DNA of 32,519 nt. Origin: a bacterium (lineage in GTDB: Bacteria; Patescibacteriota; Minisyncoccia; Phycocordibacterales; UBA10002). Below are positions 25,068 to 32,519 of the stretch, in pieces. Where the stretch lies: assembly GCA_030697445.1 (NCBI GenBank), contig JAUYPY010000051.1, forward strand, positions 1 to 32,519, written 5' to 3'. Both the position numbers and the translations under genes were made by a program. Within the stretch, counting starts at the first letter, position 1, and each line of letters begins with the position of its first letter. The notes under the pieces were generated by a model that was not told the origin of the DNA, searched no databases, and was given only the letters and a program-made list of their open reading frames with translations.

Positions 25068-26398
25068 GGGCTTGCTTTTTCTTGCACCTTAACGACCACC
25101 GAAATCTTTTTTATGTTGTCGGGAAAGGCCTTTTTCCAAAATGGGCGAATGACTACTTGCGAACGCTCAATTGCCGGGTACGACGCAAGCACCGACACTG
25201 TTTCGCTTTTCAGTTTTCCGGCGAGGTCTTGCTTCAAGCGTTCTTCGTCCAATTTCCAGACAATCGTGCCTGTACCGCGAAGCCCGAAAAGCACTCTTCC
25301 GTCAGGGTTCTTTCCAAAATCAGCTTTGCTTAAGAATTCAAATGACAATCCTTCTAATTTAGAAAATTCCACCGGTGCGTTGTCGTAGCGCAAGAGCGCG
25401 CGCCGCGCAATGTACGACGCGAGTGCATCGCGCTTAAATACAAACGCCGTTAGTGTGCCACGCTCCGTTACCGACACCTTCTTGTCCGCGGTCTCCTGCT
25501 CCGCCTCTGAAGTTGCCTTAAACGCATACCCGCCCGCGAGCATAATAGAGTCAGCTGGTATTTTTTCCACTACCTCAGCGGCAAGTTTTGCTTCCAACGC
25601 TTTGCGGAGCGTTGCGCGCGAAGCACTTACTTTTTCCGGCGAAACAAATGGAGCCACGCCGACGAAACCGCCGCTCATAGCAACTTTAGAGCGCGCGTAA
25701 AATCCGGCATACCGCTCGGCGCTGCTTTTGAACCCGGGAACGGTGAAATCGGACAGGCCTATGTTGTACTCCGTGCCGACACGGTCTGCATACACACTTG
25801 TTTCAATACTCCCAGGAAGCGTTTTCCCACCCGACACGATTTTTCCAGGAACAATGATTGATTCAGGAATTCGGAAAATTAATCCATTCGTAGTTTCAAA
25901 GCGTGTGTTTTTTATAAGGCGCTGCGGAGCGCTTGAGAAGTTATTGTAAATAACAATTGTGCCGACTGCCTTCCGTTCAACGCGCTTGCTCCCTTCTGGC
26001 TCAAGCGACACGGACTCAACGCCTTCTACAACGCTTGGATCGTACGGAACATAAGCGCCGACTGTTGTAGTGGCGGTAATTGCCGTTCCTTCAATAGACA
26101 CATCAACCGGAACTGACTTGAGCGTTACCGTTACAGTCGCGCCGCTCACAGCGATACCAACCGCGAGCGCGAGTCCGACAAGCGCCGCAGCGACAACACC
26201 CCAGAGCAAAAGCAGGGCGCGATTGCCGCCGCCGCGCGGCGGCGCAATGCGAATTGGCGCTTCGTTTTCAATTACATCTTCCTCTCCGCTCTCATCTTGT
26301 GTAGAGCGGTATCTATACGAACGAGCCGGCACAGGAATACTACGCACAGAACGGCGAGCGCCAGGCGGGGTAACATCACTGACAACTTGCTTTGGCAT
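25064..26398 (-). CDS. hypothetical single-pass membrane protein with a large extracytoplasmic domain (444 aa)
   Basis: Charged N-terminus, TM segment ALLLLWGVVAAALVGLALAVGIAV, then a beta-rich region. No recognised family. Confidence 0.7.
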   Translation of the reverse strand: MPKQVVSDVTPPGARRSVRSIPVPARSYRYRSTQDESGEEDVIENEAPIRIAPPRGGGNRALLLLWGVVAAALVGLALAVGIAVSGATVTVTLKSVPVDVSIEGTAITATTTVGAYVPYDPSVVEGVESVSLEPEGSKRVERKAVGTIVIYNNFSSAPQRLIKNTRFETTNGLIFRIPESIIVPGKIVSGGKTLPGSIETSVYADRVGTEYNIGLSDFTVPGFKSSAERYAGFYARSKVAMSGGFVGVAPFVSPEKVSASRATLRKALEAKLAAEVVEKIPADSIMLAGGYAFKATSEAEQETADKKVSVTERGTLTAFVFKRDALASYIARRALLRYDNAPVEFSKLEGLSFEFLSKADFGKNPDGRVLFGLRGTGTIVWKLDEERLKQDLAGKLKSETVSVLASYPAIERSQVVIRPFWKKAFPDNIKKISVVVKVQEKASP

Positions 26399-26406
26399 AT
26401 TTATTT

Positions 26407-26415
26407 AGTATAGCA
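26407..26415 (-). promoter_or_regulatory. extended -10 promoter TGCTATACT, 8 nt before the ATG
   Basis: Minus strand reads TGC-TATACT-AAATAAAT-ATG. Confidence 0.45.
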
Positions 26416-26442
26416 CGGCAAAAAATACAAACTGTTAGTTGT

Positions 26443-27633
26443 TCACATCTTTTTCTCATTTTCGTAGAGCGCGACAAACGCCGATTCGCCGGAAAGATAT
26501 GTGTCTGGCGTTGCCGCGCGCGCGAACTGAATTGAGTTAGCAAAAGCTCCCGCGCCAAAAACCGAAAATGCCATATTAAGCGCTGTTTCTCCCGCATCAA
26601 AAAACGGCAAGCGGAACACCGCATCAAAAAACGGAAGAGTGTGTTCGTCGGCGAGCAATGTGGCGCGCGCTGGCGCAAACCCCGCTTTTATTTTTGGCAA
26701 AAGCGCCGCCGCGAGCGCGCGGCGGAAGCGTTCTCCGGCTATGGCGCGCGCATGTTCTACAGTCGCGCGACGCTGTTCCGTAAGCGATGTAAAAGAGGCG
26801 GCACGCAAAAATGATTCTGCGGAAGACGTTGAACTGAATGCGTCGTCGTTCCACGCTGCGCGCGCCGCAGTCCGTATTCCAAATGGAATTGAAATCACTT
26901 CTTGCAGCAAATTATTGCGCTCAATGCATGCTTCCGTAGCTTCGCTTCCGGCGCACACAGTCAGTACATCTCCTTGTCCGTGTGCAGACGCAGAAAGCGC
27001 TCCAGCGCATGCCGCCGCCGCACCGTGCCATTCGCGCGGCGAATGCGAGAGTGAATCAAGCGCATTTCCAAACCTAGTAATTGCGTTTTCAGGTGCGAAA
27101 CTTTCAAGTAGAGTTAGTTCTAGCGTACGAGCTTCCTTACCAACCGCAGAAGCTACCGTGTAACCATTGACACGGAACTCGATGATTTTCTTTTCAACAA
27201 CGCGCACCGATTCAGCGACTTCGCGGTGCGCGTTGTTGAAGTTTTCCGTAATCCCTTTCTCCGTTTCTTGAATCACCGAAGCAATCGTGTCTGGAGTCAG
27301 TTTTGTTATTTCTGGAAAATCAACGCGCACTGATCGAGTTTTTGAGACAACCCACGGTGCGTGCAGAAAAATATGAGCGCACACCGTTCCCGCAAGATCC
27401 GTACGATGCGTTTGAAATAAGCGTGCGCAAAGCGCCGTGAGCGCATGGAGCGTCGCCGAGAAAAAATGCTTCGGCTCAAGGCGCGGCGCGAGCGCAATTG
27501 GCGCGCGCAAAGTAAAAAGAAGCGTCGGCTTTGCGTTTGGAAACACGGCAACCACGCCAACGCCAACGCTGTCGCTTGCAATATCAATAATTAAAAACTT
27601 CTTTCCGTGCATGCCCAACGAGAACCATTTCAT
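26443..27633 (-). CDS. actin-fold (ASKHA) FtsA/PilM-like protein, degenerate motifs (tentative)
   Basis: FLIIDIASDSVGVGVV resembles the phosphate-1 motif. VLTVCAGSEATEACIERNNLLQEVISIPFGIRT resembles DIGGGTTD...G......PxG with substitutions. The start could be 27633 or 27612. Confidence 0.5.
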   Translation of the reverse strand: MKWFSLGMHGKKFLIIDIASDSVGVGVVAVFPNAKPTLLFTLRAPIALAPRLEPKHFFSATLHALTALCARLFQTHRTDLAGTVCAHIFLHAPWVVSKTRSVRVDFPEITKLTPDTIASVIQETEKGITENFNNAHREVAESVRVVEKKIIEFRVNGYTVASAVGKEARTLELTLLESFAPENAITRFGNALDSLSHSPREWHGAAAACAGALSASAHGQGDVLTVCAGSEATEACIERNNLLQEVISIPFGIRTAARAAWNDDAFSSTSSAESFLRAASFTSLTEQRRATVEHARAIAGERFRRALAAALLPKIKAGFAPARATLLADEHTLPFFDAVFRLPFFDAGETALNMAFSVFGAGAFANSIQFARAATPDTYLSGESAFVALYENEKKM

Positions 27634-27653
27634 GCGCACATTATAACATACCA

Positions 27654-29252
27654 CTATTCAAGTGTTGCTTTTATGCGGCGCACACCGGCGGAGACCGCTT
27701 CTTCTTTTGCAATCTTGAATGTGCCGAGCACGCCAGTGTTTGCGATATGGGGGCCACCACAGAACTCTTTTGAGTATGCCGTATCAAGCGAGCTCCCAAC
27801 ATAATGAACGAGTACTTCGTCTGGATACTTTTCGTCAAAAAAGTGCAGAGCGCCTGTTTTCTTCGCCTCCGAAAGCGGCAAAATGACTTTTTGTACCGGT
27901 AGACCCTCTTTTATTTTCTCATTCACTATTTCTTCAACTCTCTTCTTTTCTTCGTCCGTCATCTTACGCGGAAATGCAAAATCAAAACGCAAACGCTCGG
28001 GCGTAATGTTCGACCCTTTCTGCTGCACCTCATTTCCCAATACATCCCGAAGCGCCTGATGCAACAAGTGCGTCGCCGTGTGGTATTTCACCGACATCTC
28101 GCTTGTGTCCGCAAGCCCGCCCTTGAACTTTTTCTCCGCTCCGGCACGGGAAATTTCTTTGTGTTTCTCAAATGCTTTTTCAAACTCTTTTGTATCAACC
28201 GCGACTCCTTTTTCTTTCGCCAACTCTCTCGTCAGTTCAAGCGGAAAGCCGTATGAAGTAAAAAGAACAAACGGGTCTGTCCCCTTTTCAAACTCTTTAA
28301 GTCCCGCCGTGAGTGTCTTTCTGAATCGCGTCTCTTCATCTTTAAATCTGTCAGAAATTTTCGTACCGATACGGTCGGCATGTAAAACCGCGCGGCGAAT
28401 AAGCCGGCGGAGCACATATCCGCGGCCGATATTAGACGGTTCCACCCCTTCTTGAATGAGCGCTTCGGCGGCGCGTGTGTGGTCGGCGACAATCCGCTCG
28501 CTTCTGCTTACTGGGTGAGTTGGAAATGCATCCGTCTCGTACACGCTTTCTTTTTTTTGCAGAATCGCCGCGAGGCGTTCAAGGCCCATGCCGGTGTCAA
28601 TTCCCAAAAACGGGAGCTTCGTGAGCTTTGCCTCACCTTTATCCAACTGCTCGCGCGAGCCGTTGCAAAAATATTCGTTAAAGACGATATTCCAAATCTC
28701 CACATCTTTTCCGTTCGCGTCTTTGCAATAAATTTCGGTTGTTGGTCCACACGGTCCTGCGTTGCCCGTCGGACCCCAAAATACATCTGCACCTTCTTCG
28801 CGGACATCAACGACGCCAAGCGATTTCCAGTTTTCTTTTGATTTTTCGTCGCGCGGGACATTCTCGCTTCCTTTATAAACAGTTACATAGGAAATAGAAA
28901 GTTCTAATTCTTTGGTGATAAACTCATGCGCATACGCAATCGCTTCCTTTCTCACGTAGCCGCCAAAACTAAAGTTTCCAAGCATCTCAAAGAAAGTAAG
29001 ATGTGTTGCATCACCAACTTCGTCTATATCCGAAGTGCGAATACACTTCTGTATAGATACGGCATTTTTTGAACCAAAATCTTTTAGTGCATCTTTCTCA
29101 CCGGTGTAATACGGTTTGAATTGCTGCATTCCCGCAGTCGTAAAAAGCACAGACGGGTCGTTCTCCGGCACAAGCGGCGCGCTCGTGACAATGGTATGTC
29201 CCCGCGCCTCAAAAAACTTTAGAAACCTTTGTCGGACTTCGTTTACGGTCAT
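27654..29252 (-). CDS. alaS: alanine--tRNA ligase lacking the C-terminal coiled-coil/C-Ala domain (532 aa)
   Basis: N-terminal FLKFFEARGHTIV...LFTTAGMQQFKP. Editing-domain motifs HTATHLLH and CGGPH. Ends at ...VSAGVRRIKATLE. Confidence 0.9.
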   Translation of the reverse strand: MTVNEVRQRFLKFFEARGHTIVTSAPLVPENDPSVLFTTAGMQQFKPYYTGEKDALKDFGSKNAVSIQKCIRTSDIDEVGDATHLTFFEMLGNFSFGGYVRKEAIAYAHEFITKELELSISYVTVYKGSENVPRDEKSKENWKSLGVVDVREEGADVFWGPTGNAGPCGPTTEIYCKDANGKDVEIWNIVFNEYFCNGSREQLDKGEAKLTKLPFLGIDTGMGLERLAAILQKKESVYETDAFPTHPVSRSERIVADHTRAAEALIQEGVEPSNIGRGYVLRRLIRRAVLHADRIGTKISDRFKDEETRFRKTLTAGLKEFEKGTDPFVLFTSYGFPLELTRELAKEKGVAVDTKEFEKAFEKHKEISRAGAEKKFKGGLADTSEMSVKYHTATHLLHQALRDVLGNEVQQKGSNITPERLRFDFAFPRKMTDEEKKRVEEIVNEKIKEGLPVQKVILPLSEAKKTGALHFFDEKYPDEVLVHYVGSSLDTAYSKEFCGGPHIANTGVLGTFKIAKEEAVSAGVRRIKATLE

Positions 29253-29279
29253 TTACTTATCTTAACGCAGTTTTATACA

Positions 29280-30089
29280 TTAAAACAGCGTTGGTTTCTC
29301 ATTTATGTTTTCTTTTTTTATTTTTTCTTGTGCCATCTTCTGTGACGAGACATCGGCGACGGCTTTACGGTAAGTGCAATAATCGCAGTGTTCTGCCGAA
29401 GTCGGAAGCGCATCGGAATCAAGACATTTTTTAATTTCAAGAAGAGTTGGCTCCACCCAGTCCGTCTTTCCAATATAAGAAATAACTTTCACATCAAACT
29501 CAAGCCGCGCGTCAAACGCCACGCGGTCGGTCTTGCCGTTCACATACACAAAATAGCCGGTGTCGGAAACCTTAAATCCATTTTGCCGAAAGAGCCATTG
29601 ATACACTTCCATCTGCCGTTTGTAGCCGTCTTGCCATTCTGCATCCAAACTCACCTCGCCGTCTTTCGCCGTCGCTTTGTAATCAACCACAATCAGCTCG
29701 CCATTCGGGCGCACCCACACATCATCTACACCGCCGCGCACGAGAAAACCAGTGGGTGCGTGGCGGATACTGACACCTGCGCGAAGCGAATCCCGCCACT
29801 CCTCTATTTTCGTATGCTGAAGTGGTACGGCATCAATTCCGTATTCTTTCATAAGTGGGTGTACCGTTTTTTTAATGCGATGCGCGTCAAATTCCTTTTT
29901 CAAGAGTTTATCAACTGCGCTATTCAATGAGAACGGAAACCCAGGCGGCCGCGCCACGCCCAATTTATTGTCCGTATAAAAACACCGCGGACATTCCAAA
30001 AACAAATCTATCTTGGAACGCGACAATTTCCAATTCGGTCCCCCATAATTCCACTCCGCCCGTCTGTGCGGTTTGTAGTAGTCAGACAT
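29280..30089 (-). CDS. PD-(D/E)XK nuclease, Cas4/RecB-like with Cys cluster (269 aa)
   Basis: GGVDDV...VVDYK (D...DxK), QMEVYQWL (QxxxY), N-terminal CPRC and C-terminal C-x13-C-x2-C. ATG at 30087-30089 overlaps the upstream gene by 8 nt. Confidence 0.7.
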   Translation of the reverse strand: MSDYYKPHRRAEWNYGGPNWKLSRSKIDLFLECPRCFYTDNKLGVARPPGFPFSLNSAVDKLLKKEFDAHRIKKTVHPLMKEYGIDAVPLQHTKIEEWRDSLRAGVSIRHAPTGFLVRGGVDDVWVRPNGELIVVDYKATAKDGEVSLDAEWQDGYKRQMEVYQWLFRQNGFKVSDTGYFVYVNGKTDRVAFDARLEFDVKVISYIGKTDWVEPTLLEIKKCLDSDALPTSAEHCDYCTYRKAVADVSSQKMAQEKIKKENINEKPTLF

Positions 30090-30768
30090 AATTCGGGTGC
30101 GGATACACACCGCTTTCTATAATCATATCGTGGAGGTTGCCTTTTGCGGGGTAATTCCACCCGATAAGCGCGGCGCCCGCGCACGCGCTATATTCAATCG
30201 CCTTGTCCGTAAAATGCGTGTTGGTAATCAGAAGCCCTTTCGTTAATGCGCGTGCTTTCCCTCCATACGAAAACTGCTGGCTATATAAGTCGTCAAAACG
30301 CGCCTTTACATAGAGCGCCACCTTCACATCCGACTTCATTCCAAACTCGTGATGGAACTTCGCCTCCGCCATAAGCAATGTGTCCCCCTTCCACGCCACG
30401 ACATCCATTTCGTGGCTCGTACATTTCCCTTGCACAATCTGGTCAGTCATTGTCTCAAACCCCTGCGCTTTAAAAATATCCGACACAAAATGCTCAAAAG
30501 GAAATCCGGTTGGGCCAAGCTCAGCCATCGCGCGCTTCAGCGAATAGCGCGTTGCAATCGGCTGTTCAAATTTGCGCAAAAGCTCAAACGCGTGGTGATA
30601 AATGTCGCCCGTGCTCATCCCGCTCCGCACTTCGCCGCCAATATGACGCACAATCTTCTCACGCACTTCCTCGGAGGCGCCAGCTTTCAAGAGTGATGCA
30701 TGCAGTTTTTTTGTCTCAAACGCTTGCCGCGTTCCGTCCGACTTCACGACAAATATTTCATTTGACAT
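30082..30768 (-). CDS. ATP-cone domain fused to an Mrr-like restriction endonuclease fold (228 aa)
   Basis: N-terminus VVKSDGTRQAFETKKLHASLLKAG...TGDIYHHAFELL...ATRYSLKRA fits the ATP-cone pattern. C-terminus FEHFVSDIFKAQGFE...EMDVVA...AEAKF fits an Mrr_cat-type D...ExK motif. Confidence 0.7.
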   Translation of the reverse strand: MSNEIFVVKSDGTRQAFETKKLHASLLKAGASEEVREKIVRHIGGEVRSGMSTGDIYHHAFELLRKFEQPIATRYSLKRAMAELGPTGFPFEHFVSDIFKAQGFETMTDQIVQGKCTSHEMDVVAWKGDTLLMAEAKFHHEFGMKSDVKVALYVKARFDDLYSQQFSYGGKARALTKGLLITNTHFTDKAIEYSACAGAALIGWNYPAKGNLHDMIIESGVYPHPNYV

Positions 30769-31826
30769 CACTTTATTATACCACCACCAAGCATTACCTC
30801 GCCATCACCAAGCGACTTTGCTCGGGGCAAGTACAACACGAGCGACTGGCCGGGCGCGACGGTCTGTGGCGCATCAAAAACCACCCTCGCCTTTTTGATT
30901 GACATCGGATGTCTATCAAAAATACGGCAAGGGATAAGCGGAGCTCGGTAGCGCATACGCGCGAGATATTTCTCTCCGATTGCTGGAACGCCGGATATCC
31001 AGTTGCAATCGGCGATAGCGACTTCGCTTTTTGCATGCGACAATTCTCCAGCACTATTTTTCTGCGAAATCGTTACCGTATTCTTTTTAATATCTTTGGA
31101 AACAACATACCCGCCGGCGAGCCGCTCGCCGATCGTGTAAAACGCCGCGCCGTTATGTTTTTCGATAATGTTCCCGCTTTCGTTCTCAACGGTTCCCTCT
31201 TTCTGTGTAATGTAGTGCGATAAAAATTCTTTCATATCCACTTTCCCTACAAAACATAATCCTTGACTATCTTTTTTGTCCGCAGTGATCAGCCTAAACT
31301 TTTTCGCCAATTTTCTCACTTCCGGTTTTTTCATTCCACCAACCGGAAACAAAATATGCGGAAGTTGTTCTTGTTTTATTTGCCACAAGAAATATGACTG
31401 ATCTTTGTTGGTGTCGCTTCCCGCAAGTAATTGGTTCGTATCTATGCGCGCATAGTGTCCGGTCGCGACAAAATCCGCCCCGTTCGCCAGCGCCCACTTG
31501 TAAAACCCCCCAAACTTAATGAAACGGTTGCACGCAACATCCGGATTCGGCGTTCGCCCTGTCTTGTATTCGCGAATCATATAATCCACCACTTCTTTTT
31601 TGTATTCTTTCTCAAGATTTAATTCCTTAAACGGAATACCGATCATGGCGCACACCCGCATTGCATCCAGTCGATCATCTTTCCAACTGCAATGAAAGAA
31701 ATCGGGTTGCCAGACGCGAATAAAAACGCCGGTTACTTCATAACCGGCTTCTTTTAGGAGCGCCGCGGAAACCGACGAATCTACTCCGCCCGACAGACCA
31801 ACGAATACTTTTAATTTCTTTGTCAT
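30768..31826 (-). CDS. mnmA: tRNA 2-thiouridine(34) synthase
   Basis: PP-loop VGLSGGVDSSV, a conserved Cys, and ARMRYRAPL in the C-terminal barrel. Confidence 0.92.
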   Translation of the reverse strand: MTKKLKVFVGLSGGVDSSVSAALLKEAGYEVTGVFIRVWQPDFFHCSWKDDRLDAMRVCAMIGIPFKELNLEKEYKKEVVDYMIREYKTGRTPNPDVACNRFIKFGGFYKWALANGADFVATGHYARIDTNQLLAGSDTNKDQSYFLWQIKQEQLPHILFPVGGMKKPEVRKLAKKFRLITADKKDSQGLCFVGKVDMKEFLSHYITQKEGTVENESGNIIEKHNGAAFYTIGERLAGGYVVSKDIKKNTVTISQKNSAGELSHAKSEVAIADCNWISGVPAIGEKYLARMRYRAPLIPCRIFDRHPMSIKKARVVFDAPQTVAPGQSLVLYLPRAKSLGDGEVMLGGGIIK

Positions 31827-32044
31827 ACTGAAATTTCAAAAATCTTTTGGCGGGAAGAGAAACCGGATGCGAGTATGACTTGCCCGCGTGTAATGCCAAA
31901 GTGCTTGGCGAGCGCACGGGCGATTGCTTCGTTTGCCTTCCCTTCTCGTGGCGGCTCTTTGACACACACCACAAAACTACCATCTTCCGCCTTCACGACG
32001 GATTCCTCCCGCGCGCTCGGTTTTGCTTTGACGGAGATTCTCAT
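31823..32044 (-). CDS. DUF167 (YggU-like) protein
   Basis: ISVKAKPSAREESV...EGKANEAIARALAKHFGI pattern typical of the family. ATGA overlap with mnmA. Confidence 0.8.
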   Translation of the reverse strand: MRISVKAKPSAREESVVKAEDGSFVVCVKEPPREGKANEAIARALAKHFGITRGQVILASGFSSRQKIFEISV

Positions 32045-32219
32045 ACGACAAAATACTTCTCAACTTCTATCATCTGCTCGCCCTGCTCAACGATTTTCGA
32101 ACTTTTGACTGGGCGGAGGAATATAAATATCCTACCGTGGTTTTAGATCAGATGAAAGGATTGCTGGCCAAGTACGAGAACCTGTAACCCCTGATTTCCC
32201 ACTTGGTTGCCCTTGTGGC

Positions 32220-32251
32220 GAGCTTTGTACCGAAGGTAAGAGCTTTGCACC
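32220..32251. repeat. 12-nt direct repeat GAGCTTTG(T/C)ACC x2 with 20-nt periodicity
   Basis: Copies at 32220-32231 and 32240-32251, matching 11/12, in the intergenic region. Confidence 0.7.
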
Positions 32252-32295
32252 AATTGAGACACTGCCGAGCCGTAAAACCAAATTTGAGAGCGTGG

Positions 32296-32356
32296 GACGA
32301 TTTGCTTAACTTAAACAATATTAAGCAAATTGCACCGAGTCATAATTGCTTAACTA
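32296..32356. repeat. TTAAGCAA/TTGCTTAA motif cluster including a 10-bp inverted repeat
   Basis: ATTTGCTTAA-11nt-TTAAGCAAAT, plus a third copy ATTGCTTAACT about 30 nt downstream. It lies just past the TspO stop. Confidence 0.65.
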
Positions 32357-32359
32357 GAT

Positions 32360-32519
32360 TTAATTCAGCGACCAAATTGCATAGTTTAAGTACATCGCGA
32401 AACTGACCCAGAGAATATACGGCACAAGAAGCCACGCGGCCGGTTTAGATATTTTGGCAAAGGCGATGATCGTGGCGAGAATGGCGAGCCAGAGAAATAC
32501 AATCTCAACAAGCGCACCG
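32360..32519 (-). CDS. TspO/MBR family protein, C-terminal fragment (5' end beyond the window)
   Basis: Hand translation gives ...GALVEIVFLWLAILATIIAFAKISKPAAWLLVPYILWVSFAMYLNYAIWSLN*, matching the conserved TspO C-terminus (PYxxWVxFAxxLNxxIW). Confidence 0.75.
   Translation of the reverse strand, partial: GALVEIVFLWLAILATIIAFAKISKPAAWLLVPYILWVSFAMYLNYAIWSLN

Noticed and set aside
32200-32290. CCGAAGGUAAGAGC segment as a possible SRP RNA domain IV.
   Set aside because: It only loosely resembles CCGGAAGGAAGCAGC, and the flanks do not form the required symmetric and asymmetric loops or a closing helix.

Overview
This is a dense, almost entirely minus-strand housekeeping region from a streamlined bacterial genome. 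Shortened proteins, tight gene coupling and scarce Shine-Dalgarno sites suggest a Patescibacteria/CPR-like organism; that assignment is inference only. Read along the minus strand (high to low coordinates), the genes are: TspO (partial), DUF167, mnmA, an ATP-cone/Mrr-like nuclease, a Cas4-like PD-(D/E)XK nuclease, alaS, an FtsA/PilM-like protein and a 444-aa membrane protein. Next come infA-rpmJ-rpsM-rpsK-rpsD-rpoA-rplQ-rplM-rpsI, grpE-dnaK-dnaJ, tRNA-Arg(CCG) and plsC. A small-gene island at 15.9-16.75 kb follows, containing the only plus-strand gene. The series continues with an M20 peptidase, trpS, aspS, MazF-like #2, scpA, orf142, MazF-like #1, scpB, a DD-carboxypeptidase, mraY, ftsW, murG, a truncated gltX and an M23 peptidase. 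It ends with a small membrane protein, a lysozyme-like protein with a membrane partner and a 54-aa mini-paralog, and an edge-truncated ORF. No CRISPR array, rRNA, transposase or integrase was seen. The best leads are these. (1) Both MazF/PemK-like genes are faced by the same plus-strand module: a TTATCCAC box, a sigma70-like promoter, then a cUUCGg hairpin and a GNRA hairpin. These are candidate convergent antisense RNAs for toxins that lack a recognisable protein antitoxin. (2) A translationally coupled pair of an ATP-cone-fused Mrr-like nuclease and a Cas4-like nuclease. (3) A lysozyme-like / membrane protein / mini-paralog locus containing a perfect 40-nt palindrome. (4) An intergenic island with a promoter-to-terminator sRNA candidate carrying an anti-SD motif, a zinc-ribbon protein and a Trp-cluster micro-ORF. 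(5) A recurring TGnTAnnnT-6nt-ATG architecture that implies leaderless mRNAs. (6) Domain-minimised GluRS, AspRS and AlaRS. All functional calls rest on motif recognition by eye; no database search was run.
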